Part shown: positions 29,003 to 37,352 of the stretch, piece after piece
Layout: each line of letters starts with the position of its first letter
How positions within the stretch are numbered: position 1 is the first letter of the stretch
DNA from: Nannocystales bacterium
GTDB lineage: Bacteria > Myxococcota_A > Polyangia > Nannocystales > Nannocystaceae
Length of the DNA stretch: 64,000 bases
NCBI GenBank assembly: GCA_050633305.1
Contig: JBOEGF010000002.1
Location: 32,001-96,000, forward strand
Reading direction: 5' to 3'
Notes under the pieces: model-generated
What the model saw: only the letters and a program-made list of their open reading frames with translations
The model's database searches: none
What the model was told of the DNA's origin: nothing
Program-made: the position numbers and the translations under genes

Positions 29003-29971
29003 TCAGCGTTGCGCGGTCCCGTCGTAGACGGCGTGCCACTGCGGTACGAGAGACTCGATGCGTGCGCGCACCTCCTCCATGACCACGGTGACCCGGGTTG
29101 GCACGTGCTCACGCGCGGGGGTCACGATCCACAGCGCGTGCTCGTGGGTCAGCCGCCACGAAGGCAACAAGTGCACCAGTTCCCCGGACCGCAGGTATGC
29201 CTGCGCCATGTAGGTGGGCAAGGGCGCAACGCCGATCCCCTGTAGCATCAAGGGGAGGATGACCTCACCACTGTCGGCAGTCGCTGCGGCTTCAGCTTCG
29301 AGCTCGAGCGTGCGGCCGTCGCGTTCGAACTCCCAATGCGCCGCGCGGGGAACCCCTCGATACAGCAGCCAGTGCTCTCGGAGGTCGAGCGGCGACTTGA
29401 TCGAATCACCGTGTTCCTCGACCCACTGTGGAGACGCGCACAACACATATTCCCACGTCCCGACACGTCGAGCCATATAGCTAGAGTCCGGCATATTTCC
29501 TGCTCGCAATGCAAAGTCGACCCCCGCGTCGATGAGATCGATGAATCGTTCCTCGGCACGCATGTCGAGCCTCAGGCCCGGATGCTCGACCCGCAGCTTT
29601 CGGATGATCGGAGCCCACAGCTCCTTGGTGAGCTGGGAGAACCCCGCGACGCGAACCGTGCCCTCGATGCGAGTGGGGTCGGCTGCTCGAGACAACGCGG
29701 CGACGGACTCGTTGAGTGCGGGCATCGCCTGCTCAAACAGGACCCGTCCGGCGTCGGTCGGCGCCAGACGACGTGTGGTCCGCTGCAGAAGCCGGACCCC
29801 CAAGCCGTCCTCCAACGTCCGAACCCGACGACTCAGCAACGTCTTGTCGATCCCCAGCTGCCGAGCCGCCGCGCTGTAGCTGCCCGCTTCCAGGACCGCG
29901 ACGAACGAGGCGAGGTGCGGCAGGAGCTTTGTTGCCGAATTCGCATCAGTGATGTTGAGCATCCTGACCAT
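29003..29971 (-). CDS. LysR family regulator
   Basis: GSYSAAARQLGI..LSRRVRTLEDGLGVRLLQRTTR. Confidence 0.93.
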   Translation of the reverse strand: MVRMLNITDANSATKLLPHLASFVAVLEAGSYSAAARQLGIDKTLLSRRVRTLEDGLGVRLLQRTTRRLAPTDAGRVLFEQAMPALNESVAALSRAADPTRIEGTVRVAGFSQLTKELWAPIIRKLRVEHPGLRLDMRAEERFIDLIDAGVDFALRAGNMPDSSYMARRVGTWEYVLCASPQWVEEHGDSIKSPLDLREHWLLYRGVPRAAHWEFERDGRTLELEAEAAATADSGEVILPLMLQGIGVAPLPTYMAQAYLRSGELVHLLPSWRLTHEHALWIVTPAREHVPTRVTVVMEEVRARIESLVPQWHAVYDGTAQR

Positions 29972-30055
29972 TGTGTACCAAAAGTCTCCGGAGTAGGGTT
30001 TCGCTGCGCCAGGGCAGCCCCGTCGGCCGTCCGTCGCACCCACAGGAGCCATCCG

Positions 30056-30934
30056 ATGAACACCCTCGCAAAGACACTGGGAGCACTGACTCTCGCCCTG
30101 ATCGCCACCGGTTGTGACAGCAGCGCGGCCAAAGAATCGCCGAGCGAGGCCCCGGCCGCGAGCGCGAATACCGCCGCAGCCGCGACGGAGAAGACGGCCT
30201 CGGCCGGCATGGCGGCAAAAGCGCCGGCCGCGGACGGGGCAAAGGCTGCAACCCCGGCCCCGGCCCCGCAGGCCATGGCGACGAGCCTCACGACGACCCT
30301 GGACCCCACCAAGACGAAAGCTCGCGGAAAAGCGCCGCTATCCACCCAGCGCGGGTTCCCAATGCACACCGCTGCAACCGCGCCTGAAGCGACTGATGCG
30401 GCGATCCAGTTCGGCGTCTCCAATTTTGGATTCGTCTCGAACCTCACCGCGGTGATGGCCGAATCGCCAGCCCTGCTCAACTCATACTATATCCTGCAGC
30501 GAAACCTACAGAGCGTAGGATCGCTAACCCCGCCCGAGGACAACATTGTGCAGATGTCCATCGCGATGGAGAACGAATGCCAATACTGCGTCGCCGGGCA
30601 CACACTTGCGGGAAAGGTGTTCTTCAAGAGCGCTGACGAGGAGTTGGAGGCGATTCGAGCGGAGGCCAAGCTTCCCGAACCGAAGTTCAACGCGCTCCGA
30701 GACTTCGGACTGCAAGTCTACGAGAGCAAGGGCCGGGTCACCGACGCGCAGCTGGAGACGTTCCTGGCTGCTGGCTACACGCGGCAACAGGCGCTCGACG
30801 TCGTGGCCAATGTCGCGGCAAAGGTGATGTCCAACTACGCAAACCAGTTGGCGCAGACTCCCTTGGATGAGCAGATCAAGCCACTCGCTGCGGACCTGCC
30901 CTTCAAGGAAGACCGCAAAGCTGTTGTGAACTGA
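30056..30934 (+). CDS. AhpD / carboxymuconolactone decarboxylase family protein with lipoprotein signal
   Basis: AGGAG RBS; LIATGC lipobox, Ala-rich stalk; ENECQYCVAGH motif. Confidence 0.88.
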   Translation: MNTLAKTLGALTLALIATGCDSSAAKESPSEAPAASANTAAAATEKTASAGMAAKAPAADGAKAATPAPAPQAMATSLTTTLDPTKTKARGKAPLSTQRGFPMHTAATAPEATDAAIQFGVSNFGFVSNLTAVMAESPALLNSYYILQRNLQSVGSLTPPEDNIVQMSIAMENECQYCVAGHTLAGKVFFKSADEELEAIRAEAKLPEPKFNALRDFGLQVYESKGRVTDAQLETFLAAGYTRQQALDVVANVAAKVMSNYANQLAQTPLDEQIKPLAADLPFKEDRKAVVN

Positions 30935-30954
30935 AGCGGCGCTGGGGCCAGGCG

Positions 30955-32052
30955 ATGCCCGGGATAGCCAAGACCAACTTCGCGGTGGCTGGGCTCGCGT
31001 TGTGCGGGCTTGTGCTCGCGGTCGCGTGCGACGGAGGGACCGAAGCCGGGTCGGACCCTGCCGTCGTCGCGACAGGCACGGGAGTCTCGGCGGCTCTACC
31101 CACGGAATCGCAGAACGAGCCGTTCGACCCGGAGGCCTTCGGCGTGGCAGTCCCGCGATTGTCCGCCGAGACCGCCCGCGCTGCCCTGCGTCCGTACAAG
31201 ATCGGCGACAACGAGCCGGGCCTCCACATTGGCTCCGTCGCTCCCCGCCTGCCTGTCCAAGGGTGGTTGCGGGGAGATCCCATCAAGCCGGCAGAAGGAA
31301 CGGCGTACGTCGTCGAGTTGTGGGCAACATGGTGCCGGCCGTGCATCGAGGCGATGCCGCACCTCAGCGACCTCGCAGAACGCCACGCCGACGATGGGGT
31401 CGTCGTCATCGCGATCAACGTGGAGGAGTCCGACCTCGACACCGTCCGCGGCTTCATCGAGGAGCACAGCGCCGACATGCTCTACAGCATCGGCTACGAC
31501 CGGAGCGAGGCCGCCCAGAATCAGTGGGTCGAAGCGGCCGGACTTCGAGGTTTGCCCGCGTCGTTCGTGATCGGTCGCGACCAGCAGATCGCATGGGTCG
31601 GCCATCCCTCCGCGCTCGAACCGGTCGTCACCGCCGTCGCGAAGAACCGCTGGAGCCCCGAAGAAGGCCGTCGGCGGGCCAGGGACCAACGCTTGGCGAT
31701 CCCCTACTCAGAGCGGGCGGTGACACTGCTCGCGACCGACCCGGACGCCGCGTACCCGCTGATCCGGACACTCCTGCGAAGCGTCCTCCACGAGCAACCC
31801 GAGTACCTGCACGGGCTCGCTTACCATGTCTTCGCGGCTCCCAACGTGGCCCGCCGCGACCTCGACGTCGCCTATGACGTGGCGGCCCGAGCAAGCGAAC
31901 TCCTCGAGTGGAACGACCCCGCGGTCCTCGAGACCCTGTCCAAGATTCGGGAGAAACAGGGCCGAAACGAAGACGCCCGGGCGCTGCAGCGCCGCGCGGT
32001 GAAGACCAGCGGCGGCGCGGCGCGATACCGCAGCCGCCTCGAGCGTCTGTAG
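30955..32052 (+). CDS. TlpA-like thioredoxin lipoprotein with helical C-terminus
   Basis: AVAC lipobox; ELWATWCRPC; GLPASFVI. Confidence 0.88.
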   Translation: MPGIAKTNFAVAGLALCGLVLAVACDGGTEAGSDPAVVATGTGVSAALPTESQNEPFDPEAFGVAVPRLSAETARAALRPYKIGDNEPGLHIGSVAPRLPVQGWLRGDPIKPAEGTAYVVELWATWCRPCIEAMPHLSDLAERHADDGVVVIAINVEESDLDTVRGFIEEHSADMLYSIGYDRSEAAQNQWVEAAGLRGLPASFVIGRDQQIAWVGHPSALEPVVTAVAKNRWSPEEGRRRARDQRLAIPYSERAVTLLATDPDAAYPLIRTLLRSVLHEQPEYLHGLAYHVFAAPNVARRDLDVAYDVAARASELLEWNDPAVLETLSKIREKQGRNEDARALQRRAVKTSGGAARYRSRLERL

Positions 32053-32478
32053 CCCTGGCCATGGACCGGCCCCGCCCCCGTGACGGATCCGCGTGCCTCG
32101 CAGGAGGCCGGCTCCTTTACAAGGACCCGCTGCAGGGCAACCATCTTTGCCGACACTCCTTCCAAGAAATGGACAGCCGTATTGATCCGTGGCTGTACTA
32201 CCTTACCGTGGGGGACGCGGACAAACTGCTCACCCAGCTTCAAGCAGTATAGCGGGCACTACAGACGGACGGGATTGACGAGGACGCTCCGTGTCAGAGG
32301 CCGAGGCGCGCCCACCCAACGTCCCGGAGAGGCGGTCCCTTTCTTGCTCTCGTCGACCGCGGTTTTCGGAGTCCTCGAGTCGCTCTACATCGACCGCAGA
32401 TTCCTCGCGCACTCCAGATCACCAAGCTCGACCGCCGCGGAGTCACAGATCCTCTGCCGACCATGGAAGGATCAATGG

Positions 32479-33963
32479 CTACAAGACCCCAGAGAGAGTC
32501 GCGAGGTTTGGCGAGAAGTGCGAAGGCTGCCCGGACCCATTCGGTACTGAACGTGAAGGCGATTCACTCGCTCTTGCCGCTCTCCGTGTTCGAGACCTGC
32601 GTCTGCGAAGGAGCCCGATCACGACCAGCGCCAGCCAACCCCTGCCCTGAGTGGGATGGGTGCTGCAACCGCCGTTCCCACCTGTCTCGGAGCCTTCGGC
32701 CGGTGAAGCTCCGGACTCCGTGGCTTCCTCCCCGGGCGTTTCTGCCATGGGTTCATCGGAGTCTCCCGTGCTTCCTCCGGTCTCGCCGGGTTCTCCTGTA
32801 CTGGTGCCCGGCGTTGGAGTCGGCGGATCTCCGATGACAACCGTGACCTCGTCCGACTCCGACTCGTTCCCTCCCCAGTCGCGAGCGATCGCGGTCAGCA
32901 TCCATGCCCCTTCAGGGAGCTCGACATCGAACTCATAGGGGGCCTCGGTTCGCTCGTTTGGTAGCACCTCACCGTTGATCGAGAGCCGAACATCGTGGAC
33001 GCCCAGCCCAACTCCATCGTCGGCAACGGCATGGACCATCACCGTCGCGGGAGCATCCGAGTAGCTCGCGTCTGCTCCCGGGCTCTCGATGGCGACGCTG
33101 GGAGCTGATGCGTCGGAGCTGCACACCCCCGCGTCGCCGCCAAGCGGCCCATCTCTGCACTCCAGACCGATCCAGGTTCCGAAGTCATCAGCGTCTCCGG
33201 CGAAGAACCCTTGGCAGTCCGGCCCGGGTTCGGGAAACCCATCTGCGTCGTGGCAGGGCGATACATCGATGCCCGTCACGTCCTCGATCCATGGGACCCG
33301 GTCTGCAAGGGTCAGGTAGGTTGCCAGTCCACCACAGCTGGCGCCGGAGGCGATCCCCAGTGTGCGCCAAGAACCATCCGCCATCCGCAGGAAGGCAGGA
33401 GATCCTTCATCTCCAGCACAGGGGCCCGCCTCTCCATCGAAGTCGATGATCCCGGTGTTGTGGAGTGCGTTCACCGTGACCGAGGCTGCCCGCTTCGTAC
33501 GATTGGGCTCCGTTCCGATGTCGCCGAACCCGACGATCGTGACCTCGGTCCCGACCTCGACACCGAGTGTTTCGCACCCGAACAGCGGGGGCGCGTACGG
33601 AAGGTCGACCGGCCGCTCGAGAGTGCAGACCCCGAAGGGGCCGTCGAAGTGACAGTTGGTCGCCGATGTGCTGACGTACAACCCCGGGTTTGGTGGGAAG
33701 CCCCCCGCGGCGAACCCGAACGAGAACAGATACGATTCCACCGTGGGAAAGAGCAGCTCAAGGCCTCCGGTCAGGACGACGACCCGAGGGTGAATGAGGA
33801 CGGCTGCGAGGCTGGTGCTGCCTACTGACGCTCGAGCGGCCGAAGGCCACGCGCAGGGGTCGACGTCGCCGCCCCCGACAATCGTCTGCGGGTCAGACTC
33901 CGCGTTGAGGTCAGCTTGGCCGACGAGTGCGAGGAGAGCGGCGCTAAAGGTCCCGAAGAGCAT
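32479..33963 (-). CDS. Trypsin-fold (probably inactive) + Ig-like + MYXO-CTERM surface protein
   Basis: IVGG start of protease domain, GDEGSP, APYEF Ig-like domain, GGCS...WLALVVIGLLRRRR. Confidence 0.85.
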   Translation of the reverse strand: MLFGTFSAALLALVGQADLNAESDPQTIVGGGDVDPCAWPSAARASVGSTSLAAVLIHPRVVVLTGGLELLFPTVESYLFSFGFAAGGFPPNPGLYVSTSATNCHFDGPFGVCTLERPVDLPYAPPLFGCETLGVEVGTEVTIVGFGDIGTEPNRTKRAASVTVNALHNTGIIDFDGEAGPCAGDEGSPAFLRMADGSWRTLGIASGASCGGLATYLTLADRVPWIEDVTGIDVSPCHDADGFPEPGPDCQGFFAGDADDFGTWIGLECRDGPLGGDAGVCSSDASAPSVAIESPGADASYSDAPATVMVHAVADDGVGLGVHDVRLSINGEVLPNERTEAPYEFDVELPEGAWMLTAIARDWGGNESESDEVTVVIGDPPTPTPGTSTGEPGETGGSTGDSDEPMAETPGEEATESGASPAEGSETGGNGGCSTHPTQGRGWLALVVIGLLRRRRSRTRRAARASESPSRSVPNGSGQPSHFSPNLATLSGVL

Positions 33964-34033
33964 CAGGCCGCCGTTCGTTCAAGCCGCGACAGGCGCGCGC
34001 GCGAAGGGAGGAGATTATGGGATGTACACGCAC

Positions 34034-34290
34034 TCATGGGCTACGGTGGATAAGAGTCGCGAGCACCCGCTCCGGATTCAGCCGAGACCGAAAAATCGCG
34101 AGCACAGGCACGCCCGCGAGCGCGAGGTCGGCTGCGTGCGTGTGCCGCAAGCCTTGCGGGTGAACGCGCCGCTCTAGGCCGGCTCGCTTGGCCAGCCGCG
34201 GCAGCAGGTGTCGGGCGTAGCTCGGGTCAGTCGCTGTTCCTTTGAGGGTGCAGAGCAGCGGGGCCCCCTCTCCGACCGCCTCCCTAGCAG
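34034..34290 (-). pseudogene. Tyrosine recombinase remnant
   Basis: RLAKRAGLERRVHPQGLRHTHA; lacks LGH and catalytic Tyr and most of the N-terminus. Confidence 0.8.
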
Positions 34291-34339
34291 GCAGAGAGTT
34301 TCCGTTCTTTCGACTTCGGGGCGACGACGCGAGGCTGTT

Positions 34340-34365
34340 CAAATCGGAAATCGATTTCCGATTTG
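34340..34365. repeat. Perfect 26-bp palindrome
   Basis: CAAATCGGAAATCGATTTCCGATTTG is its own reverse complement. Confidence 0.95.
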
Positions 34366-34473
34366 GCCGGGAAAACCGATGCGCAAAGGCACCCCGAAGC
34401 TCCAACCTGAGCCGCACTCGACGTCGTGTATGCGGCGGCGGGTCGAGAGAGCACCCGAGCCTCCACGAACGGT

Positions 34474-35049
34474 TCAGCGTGTCAGCGTGAACTCGAAGAC
34501 CCAGCCATCTTCGCCGCCCAGGTTGCCTTCACCGTGTACATCGATCGGATCGGTCGCTTCGACCGGCCACGCGTTGACCTGCAGGGCGCCCTGTCCTTCG
34601 TTGTTGGCAGTGTCGTGTGCAAACGCGCCATCGCCCTCGACGAACGTGTACGACAGACCGGCGTCGGTGACCTCACCTGAAAGCGGCTCGCCGAAGTCGG
34701 TCGCCATGTCGTAGGTCCCGGCCTCGGGGACCTGGAGACTGAGCAGGTTGCGCCAGTCCGCGCCATCCTTCTCGCCCCAACGCAGCTCGAGCGACCAGCC
34801 GTCTTGCCGCTCAATCAAGCACGAGGCTCCAAGCATGGAGACCTCCCGGTCCTCACCGAACACGCGATGGACGATGAACTCCACTTGCAGGTCGTCGTAC
34901 TCGGCCCCCGCCGGGCCACACTCGCCGTAGTCGTCGTATCCGCCCGGTCCAGGAGACGTCGCTCCCCCCTGGAACGTGGTTTGTTCGGGCTCCTCACCCG
35001 AGTCACATCCAACGAGCAGTACCGCTGCAAGCACCATCCTATGCCACAT
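34474..35049 (-). CDS. Hypothetical lipoprotein
   Basis: MWHRMVLAAVLLVGC lipobox. Confidence 0.8.
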   Translation of the reverse strand: MWHRMVLAAVLLVGCDSGEEPEQTTFQGGATSPGPGGYDDYGECGPAGAEYDDLQVEFIVHRVFGEDREVSMLGASCLIERQDGWSLELRWGEKDGADWRNLLSLQVPEAGTYDMATDFGEPLSGEVTDAGLSYTFVEGDGAFAHDTANNEGQGALQVNAWPVEATDPIDVHGEGNLGGEDGWVFEFTLTR

Positions 35050-35189
35050 GCCCCGAAGCGTAGCGCAGGTCCGCCTGCGCGCCCAGGACGTGGTCCCACG
35101 GTTCCAGCGTGCGTCTCAAATCGACAGCGTCTACGCCGGCTCTCGAAGCGGTCGCTGTTCCCTCCAGGGCGGAGAGGCCGGGTCGCGGG

Positions 35190-35420
35190 TGTTCGCCTCG
35201 GATTCGGGGTCTTGCAGGCGGGGGACTTCGACTGCGACGGTAACGACGACCTCGCCATCGAGATTCCCCAGGAGGACATCGGCTCGGGTGTGAACGGAGG
35301 CGCCGTCAATATCATCTAGGGAAGCTCAGGCGGCCTGACGTCAGTCGACGACTGGTTCCACCAGAACACGAGCGGTGTCACAGAGAGCATCCAAACTTCC
35401 GACAACTTCGAGACGTGCGA
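35190..35420 (+). pseudogene. FG-GAP (integrin-alpha-like) repeat remnant
   Basis: AGDFDCDGNDDLAIEIPQED...GAVNII*GSSGGL; in-frame TAG at 35317-35319 where Tyr is expected. Confidence 0.8.
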
Positions 35421-35446
35421 GCAAGAGCCCCACGAGTGGAAGGGAG

Positions 35447-35500
35447 CTTGACAGTGTCACAGTCCGGATGACTGTTAACCAGAGATGTGACGCTGTCAAG
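35447..35500 (-). promoter_or_regulatory. Double TetR-type operator / leftward promoter
   Basis: CTTGACAGTGTCACA and TGTGACGCTGTCAAG; same GACA-N-TGTC core (1 mismatch) as sites at 36138 and 36176. Confidence 0.7.
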
Positions 35501-35527
35501 TCGGAGGTCGAGATCTGCCTCGAATCG

Positions 35528-36109
35528 TCAGGCGAGTACGCGCGAAAGCGCCCCGACGATGCGCTGGGTCAGTCCCTCGGACTGCGCTTCGGTGAACTTG
35601 GCCGCCAGGACGCCCTCGACCAACAGCGTCGCAAAGCCGTGCACGGTGGACCAGCACAGCACCGCGAGGTCGTCGGCGGACAGCGAGAGCCCGTATCCGG
35701 CGGCCTGGGCTTCCTCGCAGAGGCGAACGAGGGTGCCAAACGCGTCCTCGGCCTCCTTGAGCGACTGCTCCTCCTTGTGCACCTCGACCAGGTCTCGCTG
35801 AAACATCACCCGGAAGTGGCCGACATGCGTGCGCGCAAAGTGCACGTAGGCGACGCCGCCCGCGGTCAGGGCCTGAAGCGCGTCATTCCCGGCGGCGGCG
35901 GCGGCCTTCCGCATCGCTTTGGCCAGCGCCTCGAACCCCTCCGTCCCGATCGCCTCGAGAATGCCCTGGTCCTTGCCGAAGTGGTGGTACGGGGCCTGAT
36001 GGCTGACCCCGGCGCGTCGGGCCACCTCTCGGAAACTCAGCGCGCGCACGCCCTTCTCGGCGATCAGGGCCACGCTCGCGTCGAGGATCTTCTGTCGCAG
36101 CTCCGACAT
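35528..36109 (-). CDS. TetR/AcrR regulator (WHG-type C-terminus)
   Basis: LSFREVARRAGVSHQAPYHHF; WSTVHGFATL. Confidence 0.93.
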   Translation of the reverse strand: MSELRQKILDASVALIAEKGVRALSFREVARRAGVSHQAPYHHFGKDQGILEAIGTEGFEALAKAMRKAAAAAGNDALQALTAGGVAYVHFARTHVGHFRVMFQRDLVEVHKEEQSLKEAEDAFGTLVRLCEEAQAAGYGLSLSADDLAVLCWSTVHGFATLLVEGVLAAKFTEAQSEGLTQRIVGALSRVLA

Positions 36110-36137
36110 CGTTCTTCGATATCTCCTAGCGCCTCGA

Positions 36138-36190
36138 CTTGACAATGTCACGTCGGGCGCTAAATGGTCGTTCAACTAGACACTGTCTAG
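36138..36190 (+). promoter_or_regulatory. Double TetR operator overlapping RND operon promoter
   Basis: CTTGACAATGTCAC (contains -35 TTGACA) and perfect palindrome CTAGACA-C-TGTCTAG. Confidence 0.8.
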
Positions 36191-36247
36191 CGTGGAGGCA
36201 ACCGAGATGTCGTACATAATCCTACTCAGTGCTGAAGGGCGGCCGTC

Positions 36248-37351
36248 ATGACCCGCCGACAGGGGCTTCTTCTCGCTCTGCTCGGCGGCGTGCTCGTGAG
36301 CTCGGCCGGGCTCGTCCAGCGCCCCGCCCAGGCCGACGCCGAGGCCAGCGAGCCCGACGACTGGGCCCGGCGGGTTCGAGTCGAATCGGCGGATCGCCGC
36401 GAGCACCGGGAGACCGCCGTCTTTCACGGTCTCACGAGGGCGGCCGACCGCACCGCGGTGGCATTCACGATTCCGGGCCGCGTCGTGACGCGCGAGGTCG
36501 ACGTCGGGGACCGCGTCTCCAAGGGACAAGTGCTCGCGCGCCTCGATCGCAAGCCGCTGCGCATCGCCAAGAACGCGGCGCAGGCGGAGCTTCGTCGGCT
36601 CGAGGAGCAGCTGGCGCAACAGAAGCGAGACGAGTCCCGCGCCCAGGGGCTGTTCGACGAGGGCGCAGCGACGGCAGCGCAGCTCGAGAAGGCGAGGAGT
36701 GGAGCGAAGACGCTGCGCGCTGGGAAGGCGGCGGCGCTGGCCCAACTCGCCGAGCGCGGCCGGCAGCTCTCCGAAGCGGTCCTGCGAGCCCCCTTCGACG
36801 CCAACGTGACGGCGACGCTCATCGACGCTGGTCAGGTCGTCTCGCTTGGTTCACCGGTATTGCGGCTGTCCGGTCAGGATCGCAACGAGGTCGAACTCGC
36901 CGTGCCCGGACGCATCGCTGACCGTCTGCGCGCCGGAGCCACTGTCGAAGTCCGCTACTCGGACGACGCGTGGGAGTCCGTGGAAGGAACCGTCGAGCGG
37001 GTCTCTCTAGCCAGTCAGGGCGCCGGTGCCCTGTTCGCCGTAGTGATCTCGCTCGATGAGAGTGACCCCGCGCCCGTTGGCCTGCCCGTCGTCGTGGAAC
37101 TTCCGGTCGCGGTCCACGAGCGCGTGTCCGTTCCTGTGGCAGCGCTGGTCGATCCGTCGGGCCAGGACACGCACGTTTGGGTGGCGCGCGATGGCGTGGT
37201 GGACAAGCGTCCGGTCGAACTAGCCGGCATGGTGGGCGGACGTGTCCTTCTCGCCAGCGGTGTCGAGCCGAGGGAATCCGTCGTAGTCTCGGGACTCGCC
37301 CACCTGCTCCCCGGCGACCGGGTGGAGATCGACACCACGGAGGCGAACTGA
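36248..37351 (+). CDS. RND periplasmic adaptor (MFP)
   Basis: VDVGDRVSKGQVLARLD, LRAPFDA motifs. Confidence 0.92.
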   Translation: MTRRQGLLLALLGGVLVSSAGLVQRPAQADAEASEPDDWARRVRVESADRREHRETAVFHGLTRAADRTAVAFTIPGRVVTREVDVGDRVSKGQVLARLDRKPLRIAKNAAQAELRRLEEQLAQQKRDESRAQGLFDEGAATAAQLEKARSGAKTLRAGKAAALAQLAERGRQLSEAVLRAPFDANVTATLIDAGQVVSLGSPVLRLSGQDRNEVELAVPGRIADRLRAGATVEVRYSDDAWESVEGTVERVSLASQGAGALFAVVISLDESDPAPVGLPVVVELPVAVHERVSVPVAALVDPSGQDTHVWVARDGVVDKRPVELAGMVGGRVLLASGVEPRESVVVSGLAHLLPGDRVEIDTTEAN

Positions 37352-37352
37352 C

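Noticed and set aside
29336..30055. 532-aa ORF-track call for the AhpD gene
   Set aside because: Upstream part overlaps lysR antisense; RBS and lipobox support the start at 30056
32061..32550. Possible small gene after tlpA
   Set aside because: Protein-like stretches are split by a stop and frame changes; no family recognised
34010..34030. ACATCCCATAAT (minus strand) resembling one arm of a Xer dif-like site near the integrase remnant
   Set aside because: No matching second arm after a 6-bp spacer; resemblance is from memory only
35317..35319. In-frame TAG as pyrrolysine or readthrough
   Set aside because: The surrounding FG-GAP frame has no start and is truncated; a Tyr-to-stop mutation is simpler
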